A stretch of 64,000 nt of DNA from Candidatus Zhuqueibacterota bacterium (GTDB lineage: Bacteria; Zhuqueibacterota; Zhuqueibacteria; Thermofontimicrobiales; Thiofontviventaceae), in NCBI GenBank assembly GCA_016931935.1, contig JAFGDW010000090.1, positions 199 to 64,198 on the forward strand, read 5' to 3'. The notes under the pieces are model-generated. The model was not told the DNA's origin. It ran no database searches and worked only from the letters and a program-made list of their open reading frames with translations. The translations under genes and the position numbers were made by a program. Positions 1 through 8,257 of the stretch are shown here, piece by piece. How positions within the stretch are numbered: the stretch's first letter is position 1; every line of letters starts with the position of its first letter.

Positions 1-222
1 CGGATTTGATACACCTCCGGGAACCGCTTTATTTGATAGAAGCACTCCTATTTGGAGCATGTAAATTTAGACACATGCCATTATAAGCTAATAACCAACA
101 CAGCCAATAGCAATTCATAGAATTACTACTCATGCGCAATCATTAACGCCCCCTTGTCTGTCCTGAAGTTACAATCTTTTACAATAATCGTCTTGACTTT
201 TTCAATGCATTTTAATATTATT

Positions 223-237
223 AACTACAGTGTAGTT
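223..237. promoter_or_regulatory. Perfect 7-1-7 dyad AACTACAgTGTAGTT 29 bp upstream of the blaI-like start; candidate BlaI/MecI-type operator (TACA/TGTA half-sites)
   Basis: Palindrome read directly in sequence; BlaI/MecI/CopY-family repressors bind TACA-N-TGTA-type dyads upstream of their own operon (established for Staphylococcus/Bacillus BlaI/MecI). Confidence 0.5.
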
Positions 238-265
238 ATATAACGACAATATACAAAGGATCACA

Positions 266-646
266 ATGAGAAAGAAAGAATCTATTCCTGAACTTACAAA
301 AGCCGAATATGATATCATGCGCATTCTCTGGAAACACGGCGAACAATCTGTGCGGGAAATTTACGATGCACTAAAGGACACACAAGGCTGGGCGCTTACC
401 ACCGTACGAACCATGATGGATCGGATGGCGAATAAAGGTTTATTGGAAAAAGAGAATTATCATGGCGTTTTCATTTTCAAACCGATGATTTCCCGTCCTG
501 CCGGCCTGGCACGGATGGTACGGTTTTTCGCCGACCGGGTGTTGGAAACTGACACGAACACGGTTGTGGCTATGTTTTCCAATACTAAAGGACTCAGCAC
601 GGATGAAATTGATGAATTAAAAAAATTACTCGATGAGGATGAATAA
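266..646 (+). CDS. BlaI/MecI/CopY-family (penicillinase-repressor type) winged-helix transcriptional repressor
   Basis: 126 aa; N-terminal wHTH with AEYDIMRILW and TVRTMMDRMANKGLL motifs, which align well with S. aureus BlaI (AEWDVMNIIW / TIRTLITRLYKKEII); followed 6 bp later by an M56 BlaR1-like gene. Confidence 0.8.
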   Translation: MRKKESIPELTKAEYDIMRILWKHGEQSVREIYDALKDTQGWALTTVRTMMDRMANKGLLEKENYHGVFIFKPMISRPAGLARMVRFFADRVLETDTNTVVAMFSNTKGLSTDEIDELKKLLDEDE

Positions 647-651
647 CACCG

Positions 652-2148
652 ATGAATTCAACCATCATGAATGTAATAACCAACATATCTGCAATTGTTA
701 TTCATTTTTTCTCATCGCAGATCGTTTACTCCCTCATTCTGTTTGCTTGTGTTTTTAGCCTGATCAAACTGTTTAAGCTCAAATCCCATTTTTTACTGTT
801 TGGCCTGTGGACATTCATTTTCATTCGATTGTTACTCCCACCTGACCTTTCATTCGGTTTATCCGGTCGTATGCTATTGCAGCAAATTTTCCCGGCAATC
901 AACCGACCAGCAGCGCTCGCGCAACCACTTGATGAAAAATCATTAGGCACCCAGGCAGAATCAGTTCAAATTCTGAACACTAGTCAAAAAAACGTGCTGC
1001 ATCCAGCAGATGGACATTTAACGCTCGTTCTGTTTATTTTATGGCTGTCTGGTTTCGTTATGTTAAGCAGCACTTATCTCAGACGATTAGCTGCCTATCG
1101 CAGACTGATCCGGCAATCGATAGCATGTACGAACAATCAGATAAACTCTTTAGTGGTTCGCTGGCAGAATCTATTTGGCATCGATCGACATGTGCAATTA
1201 CGATTCGGCGAACAGCAAATTTCCCCATTTACTATGGGAATGCGTAGGCCAGTAATTTACATGCCGTACATTTTCCACGTTCAATATGACATAAACACTA
1301 TTGAAACTGTGATTGCTCATGAAATGTCTCATATCAAACATTATGATACATTATGGATAAAATTGCAGAATTTCATCCAGTTTATCTATTTTTTCAATCC
1401 GGTTGTATGGTTGGCAGGAAGGCAGATTCAGCAGATTCGGGAAGAAATGTGTGATGCTGCTGTGTTATCGAAACAGGTTTTATCCAAAAAAGCTTACGGA
1501 TATGGCCTATTGAATGTCGTACAAATCGGATTGCCGGAATCGAATCACCTGCTGATCCAGCCAGGTTTTTCCAATCGAAAACAATTGCTAACACAGCGAA
1601 TTCAGCACATCAAGAATGCAACACTGATCCATAAATCGCAGGTAATTATTTCGGTTTCAGCGCTCGCGATTTTGGCAGTTCTACTCCTTCCTATGGCCGA
1701 TAAATCGCATTTTGCACTGCACCCCCAATCTGATAAACTCATACTTACCTCCCCTGTTCCTGATGGTCAAATAGTCCTGGAATGTGGTAATGATTGGGAT
1801 CGAGATAGCAAAGCCTTTTATTTCCATAAGGGTGTGGATATTGTTAACGGCAGCAACCAAATCGACATCCTTGCCGCTGCGGCAGGCACAATTGTTTCCA
1901 CAGGTCAGGATGAAATTTTTCATCAATTTTGGGAAATTACAGTTCAACATCAGAATGGTTACAAGACCCGTTATTTGCATCTGACTTCACTTTCGGTAAC
2001 CCCGGGAGATATTGTGACTCAGGGTCAGAAAATTGGCGGTACCGGTTTTTGCCTGCATTTCGAGGTGCTAAAGGATGGTGTGGTGCAGGATCCGGCGGAT
2101 TATTTATCACTTCAGAAAAAGTTAATAAGGCATGTAAAAAAGGATTAA
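652..2148 (+). CDS. BlaR1-like peptidase-M56 family membrane signal transducer with C-terminal M23 (LytM-type) metallopeptidase domain
   Basis: 498 aa; N-terminal TM helices; zinc motif HEMSHIKH (HExxH) typical of M56; C-terminal region carries HxxxD (HKGVD) and HxH (HLHFEV) motifs of the M23/LytM fold; no penicillin-binding sensor domain. Confidence 0.7.
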   Translation: MNSTIMNVITNISAIVIHFFSSQIVYSLILFACVFSLIKLFKLKSHFLLFGLWTFIFIRLLLPPDLSFGLSGRMLLQQIFPAINRPAALAQPLDEKSLGTQAESVQILNTSQKNVLHPADGHLTLVLFILWLSGFVMLSSTYLRRLAAYRRLIRQSIACTNNQINSLVVRWQNLFGIDRHVQLRFGEQQISPFTMGMRRPVIYMPYIFHVQYDINTIETVIAHEMSHIKHYDTLWIKLQNFIQFIYFFNPVVWLAGRQIQQIREEMCDAAVLSKQVLSKKAYGYGLLNVVQIGLPESNHLLIQPGFSNRKQLLTQRIQHIKNATLIHKSQVIISVSALAILAVLLLPMADKSHFALHPQSDKLILTSPVPDGQIVLECGNDWDRDSKAFYFHKGVDIVNGSNQIDILAAAAGTIVSTGQDEIFHQFWEITVQHQNGYKTRYLHLTSLSVTPGDIVTQGQKIGGTGFCLHFEVLKDGVVQDPADYLSLQKKLIRHVKKD

Positions 2149-2149
2149 T

Positions 2150-2947
2150 GTGATGAAAAAACGTATCGCGGTCGTTGCTATAATAATGATTCAAATCTGT
2201 GCTCAACGAATATCTTTTGGACAGACGGATAAATCCCCCATTCCCTGTGGTCATTACCGGACAATAGATTCAAAGATTCTTGGTGAGCAGCGCACAGTAT
2301 TAATTCACCTGCCAACAGATTACGAAGTCTCAGATGAAAGATTTCCGGTGTTGTACAGATTAGACGGGGAAACCGACTTTTTCATTCAATCTGTCTCAAT
2401 GGTTGAATATTTACATGCGATGGCGAAAAAAATCCCTGGCTATATTGTGGTTGCAATCCCGAACACAGACCGATTTCGCGACATGGTAACCGGTCGAAAC
2501 TATTTCCATCTGTTCATCAGGAACGAGCTTATTCCTTTTATTGATTCGAACTATCGAACTGTTGACTCAAGAATTTTATGTGGTCAATCCACAAGCACAC
2601 TTTTTGTGTTTTATTCGTTTCTGAATGATCCGGGTTTGTTCAATCTGTATGTTCTTTGTAGCTTTGGTTGCCCGAATAATTTTAAGGATGACTTCCTGAA
2701 CAGTATCAGCAATTCTTCGGAGATTAAAGTCATTGAAAACCGATCATTGTTTTTTACCAATGCAAAAAAAGATAGCTATGATCCGACCGGCGCTATAAGA
2801 CATAATGGGGAAATGCTCATCGAAACACTTAAAACATCAATACCTGTTTCGAACCGGATCATGTACAAAATGTACGATGATGAACATCATGTTCCATTTC
2901 CCAGTCTTTACGATGGGTTAAAATGGTTTCATCGAAGCAGTAATTAA
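2150..2947 (+). CDS. Secreted putative esterase (alpha/beta-hydrolase, esterase-D/enterochelin-esterase-like family)
   Basis: 265 aa, signal peptide, YRTIDSKILGEQRTVLIHLPTDY...FPVLYRLDG resembles N-terminus of the 'putative esterase' family; nucleophile elbow degenerate (GQSTS); translationally coupled to the M56 gene (stop/start overlap). Confidence 0.55.
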   Translation: MMKKRIAVVAIIMIQICAQRISFGQTDKSPIPCGHYRTIDSKILGEQRTVLIHLPTDYEVSDERFPVLYRLDGETDFFIQSVSMVEYLHAMAKKIPGYIVVAIPNTDRFRDMVTGRNYFHLFIRNELIPFIDSNYRTVDSRILCGQSTSTLFVFYSFLNDPGLFNLYVLCSFGCPNNFKDDFLNSISNSSEIKVIENRSLFFTNAKKDSYDPTGAIRHNGEMLIETLKTSIPVSNRIMYKMYDDEHHVPFPSLYDGLKWFHRSSN

Positions 2948-3038
2948 GAACCTATTGAAATATTTTCCTTAACACGAGAAACCACTGCTAAACTAAATTA
3001 TGTAGGCAGATTGTCTTCTCTATTTTTAGGGATACCAT

Positions 3039-3053
3039 AACTACAATGTAGTT
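3039..3053. promoter_or_regulatory. Second copy of the dyad AACTACAaTGTAGTT (flanks TAACTACANTGTAGTTA are shared with the copy at 223-237), ~380 bp upstream of the SBBP/T9SS cargo gene
   Basis: 17-bp match to the operator-like palindrome upstream of blaI, differing only at the central base; read directly. Confidence 0.45.
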
Positions 3054-3145
3054 AATTTTTTACATAGTAGGTAATTTCATGATATTTTTTTTATCAATAT
3101 TTCTTATTTTATTAGCTCCAAACCTTAAAATATAATCAGTTAAGT

Positions 3146-3401
3146 CTCTACATCTGCGGCTATCCAGTTAACTCAGCAAAGCAAAATCATCGTTCCGCCT
3201 GTCCCCTGGCGGAACGCAGCTTCGTCGCGCTGCGACGATTACAATACAAGAGATTATATATAATCTCATTTACTTTAGAATGTTAAGACTGGACGCAGAG
3301 CGTCCGTAATCAATTCCGCCGGAGACCGGCGTAACGATTTAAGTTCTTATTTATTTAGAAATAGACCGTTCGGACTAAACTGGATAACCGAACTCTACAT
3401 C
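3146..3401. mobile_element. Candidate MITE: ~238-bp element (3155-3392) flanked by 9-bp direct repeat CTCTACATC (3146-3154 and 3393-3401), with imperfect terminal inverted repeats GGCTATCCAGTT / AACTGGATAACC and four internal GC-rich hairpins
   Basis: Direct repeat and TIRs read in sequence; internal palindromes cgttccgcc..ggcggaacg, tcgtcgc..gcgacga, ggacgc..gcgtcc, cgccgg..ccggcg in an otherwise AT-rich spacer; sits between the operator-like dyad and the start of the downstream gene. Confidence 0.45.
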
Positions 3402-3433
3402 ATTTATCTTTGACAATATTCGAAAGGATTCTT

Positions 3434-5242
3434 ATGAGACGAGTTGTATTATTTATTCATAGCTTATTGGCGACAATAATTTGGTTCATAATTACCTTTT
3501 CGCCTACCTTGGCACAAACACTACATCTGGAATATTCCACCTACCTCGGCGGCAGTTCCGACGACAGAGCACATGGTCTCGCAATCGATCGACAGGGCAA
3601 CGTTATAGTAACAGCGCCAATTCAATCTACAAATTTTCCGACAACACCTGACGCATTAAAAACGACGGCGACAGGAATTTATGTGGCGAAAATGAGTACA
3701 ACCGGCGACTCACTCTTATTCTCCACTTATCTGGGTGCATCTGGCGGCGCCAATTACGCGCACGGTGTGGCAGTGGACAATGACGGTTACATTTACATCG
3801 CTGGCAATACTACCAATGCCAGCTTCCCCACTACTGAAGGCGCATTCGACCGTACCTACAATGGCACGTCCGGCACGGATTCACATGGGGATGCATTCGT
3901 CGTGAAGCTGAATCCCCAGGGAAATGAAATCATTTACTCTACGTTCATCGGTGGCAGCGGCATGGATATTTGCGGTAAAATTGTGGTTGATGCGGAGGGC
4001 TGCGCGTACATTCTCGGTTCCACATCGTCACAAAACTTCCCGGTTACTAATGGTGCGTTTGATACCAGCTTCAACGGCGGCAACAGCGACGGCCGCGATG
4101 ATATTTTCGTCGCCAAACTTAACGCGAACGGTAGTGATTTGATATATTGCACATATATGGGCGGTTCAGCAACCGAATTATACGGCGACAATATTCTGAT
4201 CGATGAAGCGGGTTGCGTCTATTTTGCAGCGACCACAGCATCGCCGGATTTTCCCGTCACAAATGACAGCTACGATCCATCGTACAATGGCGGTTCCGGC
4301 GTTCGTGGCGCCGGTGATGGCATCGTTGTTAAATTTAACGCCAGCGGATCAGCAATAGAATATGCGACATTCATTGGTGGCAGCGGCGATGATTTTGCCT
4401 TTTGTATTGCCCGTGATGAAACCGGCAATATCTACGTCGGCGGATTATCCGCCTCAGTTGATTTTCCGATTGCACCAATTGCATTCAGCCATGATATGCA
4501 AATGAGTGGCTTTCTGGCAAAATTAAATGCCCAGCTTGATCAACTGCTGTATGCCAGCCGGTGGGATGGTACTCCCCGCGGCATTGCTATACATTCATCA
4601 TCGAACGTATTATTAATAGGTATGACAGAATCAATTCAATTTCCCGTCACGCCCGATGCTAACAACGTCAGTTACGGTGGCAACAGCGATATTTGTCTTT
4701 CCGTGTTCGATCCAACTGGCACCGTACTAAAATATTCCACCTACTTCGGCGGCTCGGGACAGGAATATGGTGTCATGGCGTTGAATAAGCACAACCTTTA
4801 TATTGCGGGCAACACAACGTCGCGCGATTTTCCAATTTCCCAATGTGCTTATGACACGAGCTATAACGGTGGTAATACACCATGGGGTGGAGATGCTTTC
4901 ATCGCAAAATTTTCATGGTCAGATTCATTGACATCAATTGATAAATCGGGATTTCACAAACCCAAACAATTTAATCTTCCGCAAAATTATCCGAATCCTT
5001 TTAATCCTGAGACGACAATTTGTTATTCGCTTGAACATCCATCTCCGTTTAAATTGACAATTTACAATCTGCGGGGGCAAGAGGTTAGAACACTTGAAAA
5101 TTCGCACCAAAATGCCGGTAACTATTCGTTGACCTGGGATGCCACTGATGAAAATAATAGCCCGGTAAGTTCAGGTATTTATATGTGCCGCCTTAAGGCC
5201 AATGCAGCTATTCTTTACAACAAAATGCTTTTAATTCGATGA
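3434..5242 (+). CDS. Secreted SBBP-type beta-propeller repeat protein with T9SS (Por) C-terminal sorting domain
   Basis: ORF track starts at TTG 3410; ATG at 3434 preceded by GAAAGGA RBS gives MRRVVLFIHSLLATIIWFIITFSPTLAQT signal peptide. Repeated YSTYLGGSxxD / NFPxTxGAFD motifs (SBBP beta-propeller repeat). C-terminus NYPNPFNPETTICYSL...SGIYMCRLKA matches Por_Secre_tail/TIGR04183 CTD. Confidence 0.7.
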   Translation: MRRVVLFIHSLLATIIWFIITFSPTLAQTLHLEYSTYLGGSSDDRAHGLAIDRQGNVIVTAPIQSTNFPTTPDALKTTATGIYVAKMSTTGDSLLFSTYLGASGGANYAHGVAVDNDGYIYIAGNTTNASFPTTEGAFDRTYNGTSGTDSHGDAFVVKLNPQGNEIIYSTFIGGSGMDICGKIVVDAEGCAYILGSTSSQNFPVTNGAFDTSFNGGNSDGRDDIFVAKLNANGSDLIYCTYMGGSATELYGDNILIDEAGCVYFAATTASPDFPVTNDSYDPSYNGGSGVRGAGDGIVVKFNASGSAIEYATFIGGSGDDFAFCIARDETGNIYVGGLSASVDFPIAPIAFSHDMQMSGFLAKLNAQLDQLLYASRWDGTPRGIAIHSSSNVLLIGMTESIQFPVTPDANNVSYGGNSDICLSVFDPTGTVLKYSTYFGGSGQEYGVMALNKHNLYIAGNTTSRDFPISQCAYDTSYNGGNTPWGGDAFIAKFSWSDSLTSIDKSGFHKPKQFNLPQNYPNPFNPETTICYSLEHPSPFKLTIYNLRGQEVRTLENSHQNAGNYSLTWDATDENNSPVSSGIYMCRLKANAAILYNKMLLIR

Positions 5243-7566
5243 GGATCACCCGAATGATAAATTTGAGATATTTTACTTCACGCACAATACACAAACAGTT
5301 GTGGCTACGCAAATATTTTCAATCCACACTTTGGTGCATTATCATTCTGTTCATTGAGCTATGTCCGTTCACTGGCAGTTACGCCCAGGTTACATTTCTT
5401 AATAACGGTCAACAGCTTAACAATTTAGCGGGCCGGGGTGTAGCGCTTGCTGATTTCAATCAGGACAATGTACTCGATGCGTTTGTGATCAATGAAGCAG
5501 GGCCGGATGGCAAAGACAATCGCCTGTATTATGGGGATGGTCATGGGCTGTTTTACAATAGCGGTATACGGTTGCCCAATACACCAGTCTGGGGTACAAA
5601 ACCATGCGCTTACGATATCAATAATAATGGAGCAATTGATGCAATCGTTGGCAGAATCATTTGGTTCAACAATGGCGACGGCACATTCAGCGCTGATAGC
5701 TCGCGATTTGTCGATTCGGACAATGGCACGTTCATGCACATGCGGTTGGCCGATGTTAACAACAATGGATTCATTGATGCGTTTGTCATCATCTTCAACA
5801 ACATGTCGACCGAAGGACGAATTTATTTGAATGATGGTCAGGGCAATTTTCAGTACACATCGCAGCCCATTCGGTTAAGCATAATAGGCGCCGGAGAATT
5901 TGGTGATGTGAACAACGATGGCAATATTGATTTGCTTGTCAGCGGCTGGCGCAATACCAGCGGCGCGCCCTGTCCCAATCGTGTGCTGCTGAATGACGGT
6001 GCAGGTAATTTTACAGCAACAAATCAGACGTTTGATCAGGCCATGCGTCATTCGCACTGTGTCGCGTTGGGCGATTTCGACGGGGATAATGATCTCGATT
6101 TTGTTCTGATCATGCAGCTAGCACCTTATGCGAAACTTTATTTTAATGATGGTTCAGGCAATTTTACAGCCGGAAATACGCTTGGCACCGCCAGCGTCGA
6201 AAAAGTCGCTCTGGCTGATTTTGATAATGATAGCGATGTGGACATTTTTCTGGCAGGCGTTGGCGCCAGCGAAGTATGGCTCAATAATGGTGCTGGCGTT
6301 TTCACTGACAGTGGCTTGCGGCTGGGCAGCGAATGGAGTTGGGATGTCGCGCTTGGCGATGTGAATAATGATGGTTGGACTGATATTTTCGCCGCAAATT
6401 TCAAGGTTGATGAATTAACGGCTGAGCCATGGTACGTTCCCCGCGGGCGAGTGGCAGAAGTGTGGTTGAATTCATCCGGAAAAAAAGTCGACATCACGTT
6501 TATCGGCAATGAAGGCTTTTTAATCACGGGCGTCAATGGCCGTGTGCTGATTGATGGTATTTATAATCAGGGCTACGGGCAATATCCGGTTCCATCCACC
6601 GAGGTGCTGACTCAGGAACGTAACGCAATCGCGCCATTCGATCATTTAACGGCGTTACTTTTTACCCACCAGCACCCGGATCATTTTCATGCAGGCTATG
6701 CTGTTGACCATCTGAAAAACGACACCACCTGCATGCTGATTGGGCCATCACAGGTACATACGCTGCTGAAAGCAGTTAACGGTTACAATGCAATCAACGA
6801 CAGAATTATCGACATTTCCTACGTAGCTACGCCGGATATTGACACCACTGTTCAGAATATGAATTTTCGAACCATTGCGCTACCGCACGCCAACAATCCG
6901 GCTGGCAACATTGAAAATATCGGCTTTCTTTTCGATATGAACGGATACACCATATTTCATTGCGGTGATGCTAATTCCACAGATATCCAGGCATTCCAAA
7001 ATGCAAACCTGGCAGAAGCAAACATCGATGTTGCCTTTCTCGCCAAATTTTTCTTCGATCCTGACAACACCACCGGCCAGGAGATCATTCATTACCTGCA
7101 TCCCAAAGCCATTGTGTTGATGCATGTGGATATGACCAAATATGATTACTATCAAAACATCATCAGCTCGTTGCCAGATATTCCGCCAGTATATATTATG
7201 AGAACGCCAATGGAACAGTTGACGATCACCGATAGCTCGTTTGTTACGTCAGTTCAGGATAACAACAGCGGTCATGCTTTACCATTTCATTTTAATCTAC
7301 TCAATATTTATCCCAATCCGTTTAATCCGTCAACCACAATTAAATATCAACTGCCGCAGCTTAGTAATGTCAATTTGAAAATATATAATATACTCGGACA
7401 GGAAATTAAAACTCTGATATTCAATACAATTCAAAATCCGGGTGAATATGTCATCGAATGGAACGGAACCGACGATTCAAATAAAATTGTTAATTCGGGA
7501 ATCTATTTTTGTTCGCTGGAGACGGATGATCATAGTTTACAGAGGAAAATGGTGTTAGTTCGCTAG
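5239..7566 (+). CDS. Secreted fusion protein: FG-GAP/VCBS repeat (integrin-like propeller) region + metallo-beta-lactamase-fold hydrolase domain + T9SS C-terminal sorting domain
   Basis: 775 aa; six-plus repeats of GDFNxDxxxDxxV type (ADFNQDNVLDAFV, GDVNNDGNIDLLVSG, GDFDGDNDLDFVLI...); MBL motif THQHPDHFHAGYAVDHL; CTD IYPNPFNPSTTIKYQL...SGIYFCSLETDD. True start may be a downstream ATG (5254). Confidence 0.65.
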   Translation: MRITRMINLRYFTSRTIHKQLWLRKYFQSTLWCIIILFIELCPFTGSYAQVTFLNNGQQLNNLAGRGVALADFNQDNVLDAFVINEAGPDGKDNRLYYGDGHGLFYNSGIRLPNTPVWGTKPCAYDINNNGAIDAIVGRIIWFNNGDGTFSADSSRFVDSDNGTFMHMRLADVNNNGFIDAFVIIFNNMSTEGRIYLNDGQGNFQYTSQPIRLSIIGAGEFGDVNNDGNIDLLVSGWRNTSGAPCPNRVLLNDGAGNFTATNQTFDQAMRHSHCVALGDFDGDNDLDFVLIMQLAPYAKLYFNDGSGNFTAGNTLGTASVEKVALADFDNDSDVDIFLAGVGASEVWLNNGAGVFTDSGLRLGSEWSWDVALGDVNNDGWTDIFAANFKVDELTAEPWYVPRGRVAEVWLNSSGKKVDITFIGNEGFLITGVNGRVLIDGIYNQGYGQYPVPSTEVLTQERNAIAPFDHLTALLFTHQHPDHFHAGYAVDHLKNDTTCMLIGPSQVHTLLKAVNGYNAINDRIIDISYVATPDIDTTVQNMNFRTIALPHANNPAGNIENIGFLFDMNGYTIFHCGDANSTDIQAFQNANLAEANIDVAFLAKFFFDPDNTTGQEIIHYLHPKAIVLMHVDMTKYDYYQNIISSLPDIPPVYIMRTPMEQLTITDSSFVTSVQDNNSGHALPFHFNLLNIYPNPFNPSTTIKYQLPQLSNVNLKIYNILGQEIKTLIFNTIQNPGEYVIEWNGTDDSNKIVNSGIYFCSLETDDHSLQRKMVLVR

Positions 7567-7602
7567 TATCAAATGAAATAATTCTCTCATGAGGAGGTAA
7601 AT

Positions 7603-8166
7603 TTGGAACGAAAGACATTCATCAAATGCGGTTGTGCTTATGGTTTGCTGTCTCTCATCAACGCATCAGGATTTGCCGGACAAACAAATGATCAGCAGCA
7701 ATCCGAAAAAAAGCATACCGCACAATCGATGAGCCAGAAACAGGTACAGGAGGTTATCAAGTTTATCGAGACATCGTTTGATGATTCAGTCCGAGAAAAG
7801 ATTTTTAGCCAATTGGGCTATGAGTGTTTTCATTCCCGGAGTCTTGACGGTTGGATTGTGCGTTATGTGGGACATGTACAAGCATTCCTGGATTGGGTGA
7901 ATGTGGAGAAGAAATCGAAATACTGGGAACGGTTGGAATTCAACGAGGATCGAACAATCCTGTCACTCACCGGCAGAAAAGTTGCAGGATGCGCGTGTGC
8001 TTATGCAGATTGTCTCAATCCGCCGAAATCGTTGTGTTACTATTGCTGCAAAAATTTCCAGCAGCAATTGTTTGGGATGCTGTTGGGTCAAAGAGTAAAC
8101 GTCGAGATAACCAAAGCCTTTTTGCTCGGTGATGACCGCTGCGACACCAGAATACACCTAATGTGA
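7603..8166 (+). CDS. Hypothetical Cys-rich protein (CGCAYG, CACAYADC, CYYCC motifs)
   Basis: 187-aa ORF with RBS-like GAGGAGG upstream; no family recognised with confidence. Confidence 0.4.
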   Translation: MERKTFIKCGCAYGLLSLINASGFAGQTNDQQQSEKKHTAQSMSQKQVQEVIKFIETSFDDSVREKIFSQLGYECFHSRSLDGWIVRYVGHVQAFLDWVNVEKKSKYWERLEFNEDRTILSLTGRKVAGCACAYADCLNPPKSLCYYCCKNFQQQLFGMLLGQRVNVEITKAFLLGDDRCDTRIHLM

Positions 8167-8257
8167 AAGCGATTATGCAAACTTTGTTATGAATGAGTTG
8201 CTTATTGGAACGCTTCTGAAAGTGTCAAAAATTTTTATTTCAAACAAGAATAAGCTC

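Noticed and set aside
3410-3433. TTG start proposed by the ORF track for the SBBP gene
   Set aside because: The TTG lies inside the right end of the MITE-like element. ATG at 3434 with GAAAGGA RBS gives a clean signal peptide.
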